Assembly: GCA_038058635.1 (NCBI GenBank)
Contig: JBBUAP010000004.1
Span: 97,196 to 158,783 of the forward strand
Direction of reading: 5' to 3'
From: Patescibacteria group bacterium
Lineage (GTDB): Bacteria > Patescibacteriota > UBA1384 > 2-12-FULL-50-11
DNA: 61,588 nt
In this document: positions 55,442-61,588 of the stretch, in pieces
Numbering within the stretch: the stretch's first letter is position 1
Layout of the letters: each line of letters starts with the position of its first letter
Program-made: the position numbers and the translations under genes
The notes under the pieces: generated by a model
Told to the model about the DNA's origin: nothing
The model's input: only the letters and a program-made list of their open reading frames with translations
Database searches by the model: none

Positions 55442-56030
55442 CGGTTCGGCCAGATCACAAATCGCAATTAAAGGCGTTCGCGATAATATTTTAATTCTGC
55501 CTGATAATCGCTACAGGGCCGTTCTGACTACTTCATCAGTTAATTTTGAATTGCAGAGTGCCGACGAGCAGGACGCGTTGGTCGATACCTTCCAGTCATT
55601 CCTCAACTCTCTCACTACCCCGATTCAGATATTAGTCCGAATTCGTGAGTTGGACGTCGATCGCTACATTGAGGACTTCCAGGAAGCTAGGGCAAGCGAA
55701 ACTCAGGCCATATATAAGAAACAGATGGAAAGCTACGGGGAATTTATCCGTCAGCTTGTCTCTGGTAATAAAATCCTATCCCGGCGCTTTTACGTTGTCA
55801 TCCCCTACGAGAGCCGCAATGTGACTGACTTCCCTCTAATTCGAGAGCAGCTGCAACTGGAGCAAGAGATCATTATTAAAGGCTTGGAAAAACTAGGCAT
55901 GACGGCGCGGCCACTGACCAGTCTGGAGATTCTCGACCTGTTCTACAGCTTCTACCGACCACAACACGCTAAAACCCAGCCGTTAACACAGGAGTTAATC
56001 AAACACACCCATGCCACGAATTATCTCTAA
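55413..56030 (+). CDS. VirB4/PrgJ-like ATPase, N-terminal part (separate ORF)
   Basis: IAIKGVRDNILILPDNRYRAVLTTSSVNFELQSADEQDALVDTFQSFLNSL is a typical VirB4 N-domain. Overlaps the next ORF by 20 nt in a different frame. Confidence 0.65.
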   Translation: MFHSRQSKSNGSARSQIAIKGVRDNILILPDNRYRAVLTTSSVNFELQSADEQDALVDTFQSFLNSLTTPIQILVRIRELDVDRYIEDFQEARASETQAIYKKQMESYGEFIRQLVSGNKILSRRFYVVIPYESRNVTDFPLIREQLQLEQEIIIKGLEKLGMTARPLTSLEILDLFYSFYRPQHAKTQPLTQELIKHTHATNYL

Positions 56031-57789
56031 ACTTAAAAAGCGCCTGACCGGCTGGAGAAAGCAGCGCCGGGAAAAACCGAAGAAACTGGCTTTTCACGTT
56101 GGCGAACAAGATCAACTGGACTTTGTTACCTACTCCGGACTTGAAGAGCAGATAAAACACCTGGTGATTGATGGGCGCTATGTTCGAACGCTCTATGTTT
56201 CCGGCTATCCGTACACTGCTTCCAGCGGTTGGCTCAATCACTTGATCAACTTCAACTACAACGTCGATATTTCCTTTCACATCGAACCGGTCGATGCAAC
56301 GTTCGCTTTGCCGAAGTTGAACCGTAAGATTACGGAGATGACTTCGACAAAACGGGCGATGGAGCGAGCCGGTCGGATTATTGGAGCCGAATTGCTTGAC
56401 CCGTTGGAATCGGCGATTGAGCTACGGGACAAGATTCAGCGCGGCCAGGAAAACCTCTTCCAGATCTCGCTCTACATTACAATCTCGGCCGATTCGGTGG
56501 TGGAGTTGGAGAAGACGGTCAAATTACTGGAAACTTTACTGGCGACACGGCTGTTTTATACAAAAAACGCTATTTTCCAGCAACTGGAAGGGCTCCAGTC
56601 CACTCTGCCACGGGGAGACAATCTTTTGAGCCAGAAACGAAACCTCGATAGTTCGTCAGCGGCCTTGATGTTTCCGTTTATCTCTTCGGAATTAGTCCAG
56701 GAATCTGGTGTACTGTACGGAATCAACAAATCAAACAGTTCGCTCGTGATTCTTGACCGATTCTCGTTACCAAATGCCAACAGCATTCTCTTTGCTCAAT
56801 CTGGAGCCGGCAAGAGCTACACAGCCAAAGTCGAAATATTGCGTCACTTGATGCAAGGCACGAAAGTAATCGTAATTGACCCGGAACGTGAGTATCGACA
56901 GTTGGCCGAGTCGGTCAAGGGAACTTATATCAAACTGTCGGTTCACTCGAAAGAGAAGATCAATCCGTTCGACTTGTCGGTTAACGCCTACAACGAGGCA
57001 GACAGTTTTACTGACCACATCCAGTCGCTGACAGAAATTATCTCCTTGATGGCCGATGGCCTCCACGCCGAAGAGAAGTCGGTGGTAGATCGGGCGCTTT
57101 TATTGACCTATAAAAAATTCGGCTGGGCGAAGAAAGCCAATAAACCCGGTAGCAAGTACCCACTGTTAAGTGACTTTTTTAAAGTTCTGAAATCGTTAAA
57201 GCAGCCGCGTCTCTGTCAGCGCTTGGAGAAATACATCAGAGGCTCGCTTTCCGAAGTCTTTAATTCCCAAACCAATATCCAACTCGATAATCGTTTGGTT
57301 GTTTTTGACACTAAAGACCTGCCAGAGTCATTGCGGCAGATTATGCACTTGGTCGTCGCTCAGTTTACTCAAAACCAGGTTAAATCTGACCCAACGAAGC
57401 GCATTTTGGTGATTGATGAGGCTTGGCTGATGCTGGAGCACGAAGAGTCGGCACGATTCATTGCCGGATTAGTTCGACGGGCACGGAAATATTATCTTGG
57501 TGTCAGTATCATTTCTCAGCAAGCCAGTGACTTTCTGCAAAATGCTTACGGTCGAGCAATCGCCTCCCAAAGCGCTCTGCGCATTCTGATGCGCCAAGAC
57601 ACAACCACGATCAAGAACGTCGCCTCCGAGTTTCGTTTAAGCGAATATGAGCAGCGCTTTCTACTAACATGCGAGCGCGGTGAGGCCTTGATTATTGCCA
57701 ATCAGCACCACGTGGCGGTCAAGGTGACGGCATCCGAGTCCGAACATCCGTTGATTACAACTGACCCGTCGGAACGACGAAAAGAATGA
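56011..57789 (+). CDS. VirB4/PrgJ-like ATPase, C-terminal ATPase part
   Basis: Walker A FAQSGAGKSY and Walker B LVIDEAWLML. Confidence 0.8.
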   Translation: MPRIISKLKKRLTGWRKQRREKPKKLAFHVGEQDQLDFVTYSGLEEQIKHLVIDGRYVRTLYVSGYPYTASSGWLNHLINFNYNVDISFHIEPVDATFALPKLNRKITEMTSTKRAMERAGRIIGAELLDPLESAIELRDKIQRGQENLFQISLYITISADSVVELEKTVKLLETLLATRLFYTKNAIFQQLEGLQSTLPRGDNLLSQKRNLDSSSAALMFPFISSELVQESGVLYGINKSNSSLVILDRFSLPNANSILFAQSGAGKSYTAKVEILRHLMQGTKVIVIDPEREYRQLAESVKGTYIKLSVHSKEKINPFDLSVNAYNEADSFTDHIQSLTEIISLMADGLHAEEKSVVDRALLLTYKKFGWAKKANKPGSKYPLLSDFFKVLKSLKQPRLCQRLEKYIRGSLSEVFNSQTNIQLDNRLVVFDTKDLPESLRQIMHLVVAQFTQNQVKSDPTKRILVIDEAWLMLEHEESARFIAGLVRRARKYYLGVSIISQQASDFLQNAYGRAIASQSALRILMRQDTTTIKNVASEFRLSEYEQRFLLTCERGEALIIANQHHVAVKVTASESEHPLITTDPSERRKE

Positions 57790-58415
57790 ATCCGAAAACG
57801 CTCCAGGTAATTTTCGGTCTCTTTTCAATGAAAAGCGAGATCAAGTATATTTTCTATACCTTCCTGACCATTCTCCTTGTTCCAATTTTGATTGTCATCA
57901 TCCTGACACAGGCCGGATTCAACATTATATCTGATGCCTTAGCGACCAGTGACCCTCAAACTCAAGAAGTCATTATTCATAATCCAGCCAATGGTGAGAC
58001 ACTCGATCGTATTGCGGAAAAACGAATGTGGCCAACTAACGGGGTCGTTACTTTAGAGTTTGGTGAGCCAAACCTACCCTTCTATCTATTTCACACGGGG
58101 ATAGATATTGCCGATCCACATGGTCAAATCGGTTCAGAAGTTGTCGCATTTATGGCCGGAAAAGTTAAAACCGTCAAACACGACGAAGATGGGTATGGTA
58201 ACCACGTCGTTATCCAGCATCGAAGCTATCTCGTTTCCCTTTATGGCCACCTTGATTCAATCTTGGTAGAGGAAGGACAAGATCTAATAATGGGCGATAC
58301 AATTGGTTTTATGGGCACTACCGGCACTTCATCCGGTCCGCACTTACATTTTGAAATTCGGATATTTTATATCCCAATAAACCCTCGGATCTTTCTGACT
58401 GGTGACCCGCCATAA
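57786..58415 (+). CDS. M23-family peptidoglycan hydrolase (T4SS wall-lytic factor)
   Basis: TM anchor, HTGIDIA and GPHLHFE. ATGA overlap with VirB4. Confidence 0.8.
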   Translation: MNPKTLQVIFGLFSMKSEIKYIFYTFLTILLVPILIVIILTQAGFNIISDALATSDPQTQEVIIHNPANGETLDRIAEKRMWPTNGVVTLEFGEPNLPFYLFHTGIDIADPHGQIGSEVVAFMAGKVKTVKHDEDGYGNHVVIQHRSYLVSLYGHLDSILVEEGQDLIMGDTIGFMGTTGTSSGPHLHFEIRIFYIPINPRIFLTGDPP

Positions 58416-58420
58416 AACAC

Positions 58421-58729
58421 CTAAACAGTATTTTTCTTTAGCTTCTGGATTGCTCGCTGTTCAACAATCCGAATTGCCGAGCCGGTAACTTCATACATTT
58501 TTCCGATTTCTTCCAGAGTTTTTGATGGTTCTTCAAAACCATAGTGCGCCCTTAAGATTGTCTGCTCGCGGGGTGATAAAATATTAAAGTATTCATAACG
58601 TTTCTCTAAGAACCCCCTGATATCTTCCATAATTAGAGGATAGGACGAGTTTCGCTCGTTGTCGAGCTCAATCCTCAGGAATTGTTGAACGAAATCCGTA
58701 AATATCCTAGATAATAAAAGTGTTGACAT
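58421..58729 (-). CDS. Sigma-70 region-4-like HTH mini-protein
   Basis: REQTILRAHYGFEEPSKTLEEIGKMYEVTGSAIRIVEQRAIQKLKK. Confidence 0.6.
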   Translation of the reverse strand: MSTLLLSRIFTDFVQQFLRIELDNERNSSYPLIMEDIRGFLEKRYEYFNILSPREQTILRAHYGFEEPSKTLEEIGKMYEVTGSAIRIVEQRAIQKLKKNTV

Positions 58730-58816
58730 ATGCTTTATATGTTAATAAAATGACGGAGGAAATTTAGGGAGGGTTATTGCTATTTCTATTAAATAAATTA
58801 ACTGGAGAAAGTATAA

Positions 58817-59698
58817 ATGGACAATCAAAGAGTAAAAACGGTCAGTTACGGATTACGCGATCTGCCCATCGGTGTCGTTGAATGTGATGGTGAGCAGCCT
58901 CGCCGAGACCTAGATACTGAAATTATGGTTGCTAACCTTAAGCCTTCGATTGCCCACCATGGCATTCAGCAGCCAATTACAGTTACAGAGTACAAGACGG
59001 GTAAATATCGAATTATTGACGGTCACCGGCGTTATAAATGTGCCAAAGATTTGGGTTTCACTTTAATCCCTTGTTTGATCTACCCGGACCTGGATCCTGG
59101 TGAAATGGAAGTGCGCCGTTATGAGATGCAGAATCTTCGTCGGCCCTGGAAGCCTCTTGAACGTTCCGACGCTTTCTTGCGTATGAAAGAAAAGTTGGGC
59201 TTCCGTTCAATTCGAGAGATGGCTGAGTACATCGGTATCTCTGAGGGTTCGGTTGCTAATTATCTTGAATTGCGTAATCAACAGCTCCATCTTTTGAGCC
59301 GATTTGAGAAGAATAACCTCGGTGAGTCATATCAGACCGAGATCGTCCGTCTCAAACCCCATCTCTGTAAGGTAGGCGATTTTGAGGCCAATGAGATCAT
59401 TGATAATATTATGGAGCGAATTGTTAACGATAAAATTCGCAACTCCAAAGAAATTCGAGTCCTAAAGAGCGCTTTCATCCGAATCGACCTCTATGCTGAC
59501 TTGATTGCAAATTATCTTCAAAATCCGGACATGAAACTTCGCGAACTCGAGGAGCAAATTCTACGAACCGGTTTCTCATGGAACGTCCAAAAAGTTGTGG
59601 CTGATATCGCCAAAAAGAAGTCCAAAGGGGAGAAACTGACCGAAAAGGAGCAGGACGCCCTCAAACAACTTCGAAAATTAATCGAAGAAGTTCTCTAA
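58817..59698 (+). CDS. ParB/Srx-like nuclease-domain protein
   Basis: GIQQPITVTEYKTGKYRIIDGHRRYKCAKDLG, plus a central HTH. Confidence 0.75.
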   Translation: MDNQRVKTVSYGLRDLPIGVVECDGEQPRRDLDTEIMVANLKPSIAHHGIQQPITVTEYKTGKYRIIDGHRRYKCAKDLGFTLIPCLIYPDLDPGEMEVRRYEMQNLRRPWKPLERSDAFLRMKEKLGFRSIREMAEYIGISEGSVANYLELRNQQLHLLSRFEKNNLGESYQTEIVRLKPHLCKVGDFEANEIIDNIMERIVNDKIRNSKEIRVLKSAFIRIDLYADLIANYLQNPDMKLRELEEQILRTGFSWNVQKVVADIAKKKSKGEKLTEKEQDALKQLRKLIEEVL

Positions 59699-59699
59699 A

Positions 59700-61103
59700 A
59701 TGATCCATCTTTTTGGAGAAGATAAACTTAGGGCAGTAGCCTACTATCGTCACTCGGCCGAAGACAAGCAAGAAAACTCAGTTGGCAATCAGCGCGAACA
59801 GGTTGAGGAATTTGCCGCTAAGGTTGATGTTGAGATTCTCGAGCATTTCCAAGACGAGGGCTTTACCGGTACTAACGCTAACCGTCCAGGCTTCCAAGCG
59901 ATGCTAAATAAATGGGTGCATGACCCGAACGCTCCGAAGATTGACTACATCCTTGTCTATGACGCTTCCCGCTTTGGCCGGTTTCAAAGTCGACCGGAAG
60001 CATGGGAGCTATTAGTTCAACTAGATAAACGAGGCACAAAACTCGCTACCGTTAATCGCGGTCTGCCAAAGCCTGGGTCCAATGTAATGGATGACATTAT
60101 GCTCGTCCTGGATTTTGCCCAAGCTGGCGAACAGAGCGCTTTGCTTAGTGAGAAAGTGTTTTACGGCTGCAACAAAATATCGGGGCAAGGTTACTCGGCT
60201 GGAGGCTGCGCTCCTTATGGTTATGTTCGAATATTACTCAACGAGCAACGAGATCGTGTCGATGTATTAAACCTTGGGGAGAGGAAAATGATTTCGAACC
60301 AGCGAGTTAGTTTTGAACCCGCAATTAACGGCGAAGCCGAGGTGGTCAAGCGAATATTCAGAGAGTTTGTTTCCAGAGGCTATTTCCCGGATGAAATTAC
60401 TGACCGACTTAACCACGATAAAATAGTAACTGCTAAGCAAAATGAGTGGACAACGCACGGTATTATTAACGTCTTAAGTAACGAAACGTACATAGGAACC
60501 AGAGTTTATAACAAAGTTTCAAGCCGGCTCAATCAGGAGAAGCGTCGCAATCGTCCTAGTGTGTGGACTCGCTGCTTAAACGCTCACCCAGCTATTATTG
60601 ACGAGCTGACATTTCGCAAGGCTCAGGAGAGGCTGTATTGGCTCCGACCCGCCAGTCACGGACAATCAATCCGTCAATTTCGCTCAACACAGTCCTATGT
60701 CTGGCGGTATTTTACCGAAATATTCCAGCGCTTTACGGAAGACCAACAGTTCTACCTTCGTAGTAATCTGCCGGTGGTGTTTGGCAATACTTACGTGGTT
60801 GGTGACGAGAAACGATCCTGTTTCTATATACCCAGCAAGGCAAAGAGGTTTGGCAAACTGTTCGCAATCACTATCGACAATGCTTCCGAGAAGCCATCTG
60901 TCGATAGTATTAATTTGGTCGATGTGCAGGAAATCGGCTGGTCGAACTTTTTTATTACTAGCCAAAATGACGAACGACCAGTTATTGACGCCAACAAGAT
61001 TGATGCAACGCTAGAAAACGTCTGTGAAGAAGTGCTAGCACAGTGTAGTCCATGGCTCAAAGTTGCTCCTGAGGCAGTAATCGCTCCGCCAGTCGCAGTC
61101 TAA
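59700..61103 (+). CDS. Large serine recombinase (second copy)
   Basis: AVAYYRHSAEDKQENS ... VYDASRFGR is the resolvase catalytic domain, followed by a recombinase domain. Confidence 0.8.
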   Translation: MIHLFGEDKLRAVAYYRHSAEDKQENSVGNQREQVEEFAAKVDVEILEHFQDEGFTGTNANRPGFQAMLNKWVHDPNAPKIDYILVYDASRFGRFQSRPEAWELLVQLDKRGTKLATVNRGLPKPGSNVMDDIMLVLDFAQAGEQSALLSEKVFYGCNKISGQGYSAGGCAPYGYVRILLNEQRDRVDVLNLGERKMISNQRVSFEPAINGEAEVVKRIFREFVSRGYFPDEITDRLNHDKIVTAKQNEWTTHGIINVLSNETYIGTRVYNKVSSRLNQEKRRNRPSVWTRCLNAHPAIIDELTFRKAQERLYWLRPASHGQSIRQFRSTQSYVWRYFTEIFQRFTEDQQFYLRSNLPVVFGNTYVVGDEKRSCFYIPSKAKRFGKLFAITIDNASEKPSVDSINLVDVQEIGWSNFFITSQNDERPVIDANKIDATLENVCEEVLAQCSPWLKVAPEAVIAPPVAV

Positions 61104-61204
61104 CCGAGCTTTCAAGACGATTAGCGCCGATTGATTGGGTGCATGCCCTATTAATTCTCTAGCACGCAGATAAGTGGCGCTAATCGGCTTGGAAGCGTCG
61201 ACTG

Positions 61205-61450
61205 CTAGTCTATATCGAGTGATTTGACGTTTAAGACCTTCAGTATTTTTTGGAGCTTTTCGTACGAGGGGTTATTTTCGCCTCGCTCGATCGTAGCGTA
61301 GTAGTTATCGTTGACGCCGGCTTTTTCAGCTAGCTCGGCTTGAGTAAGTCCAGCCTGCTCCCGAGCTTTCCGGAGTTTGTTTCCTAAATCTTTGCGTATT
61401 TTTTTACTTCTTGGACTATCCATATGCCGATAGTAGCAGTTATTAGCCAT
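61205..61450 (-). CDS. XRE-family HTH protein
   Basis: AREQAGLTQAELAEKAGVNDNYYATIERGENNPS. Confidence 0.65.
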   Translation of the reverse strand: MANNCYYRHMDSPRSKKIRKDLGNKLRKAREQAGLTQAELAEKAGVNDNYYATIERGENNPSYEKLQKILKVLNVKSLDID

Positions 61451-61588
61451 ATCATCTAGCCTCTTCAGGCCGATAGACTCTTTCTATAGTATCAAACCAT
61501 TGTAAAAAGAGTTCGAATGAAACATCATGAAGGCCACCAAACGAAACATTGTCGGAATTAAGAAAACGGAGCGATTTTGCGGGAGCCA

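Larger units (their letters stand above)
22813..61103. mobile_element. Putative integrative conjugative element inserted next to tRNA-Ala(GGC); right end not defined
   Basis: The tRNA flank, large serine recombinases at both ends, T4SS/T4CP/relaxation genes and a ParB-like gene, together with defence cargo (type I R-M, DGR, Fic). Confidence 0.6.

Overview
This 61.6-kb window looks like a chromosomal segment from a small-genome, CPR/Patescibacteria-like (possibly Saccharibacteria-like) bacterium. That taxonomic call is inferred from gene content and is not verified. Positions 1-22.7 kb hold ordinary housekeeping genes: an ABC transporter, lexA and a dinB SOS operon, clpC, nusA, cell-envelope glycosyltransferases, mreB, sortase, tRNA-Leu, tRNA-Ala, pgi/pmi, eno and gpmI. 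From tRNA-Ala(GGC) at 22737-22812 to at least 61.1 kb lies what appears to be a ~38-kb integrative conjugative element (ICE). A large serine recombinase sits at each end of it. The right half carries a monoderm-type T4SS module: coupling protein, replication-relaxation protein, VirB2-like, VirB6-like, PrgI-like, a split VirB4 and an M23 hydrolase. The cargo is one very long, tightly coupled minus-strand gene string. It contains (i) a type I R-M operon with three extra genes embedded in it, (ii) a Zn-ribbon / HD alarmone-hydrolase / DUF2779 nuclease trio, and (iii) the most notable feature, a complete diversity-generating retroelement (DGR). The DGR has a 115-bp TR/VR pair with 14 mismatches, all at TR adenines. 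Its hypervariable target is a MoxR-like AAA ATPase fused to a C-type-lectin/FGE-like VR domain. That target sits in an operon with a vWA/HExxH protein, a trypsin-like membrane protease and a sigma-region-4 mini-protein. Other observations: a shared direct-repeat operator inside two identically built SOS promoters, tRNA-Ala fragments bracketing an intact tRNA-Ala, a duplicated hsdM 5' end flanking a two-gene cassette, and an inverted avd gene within the DGR.
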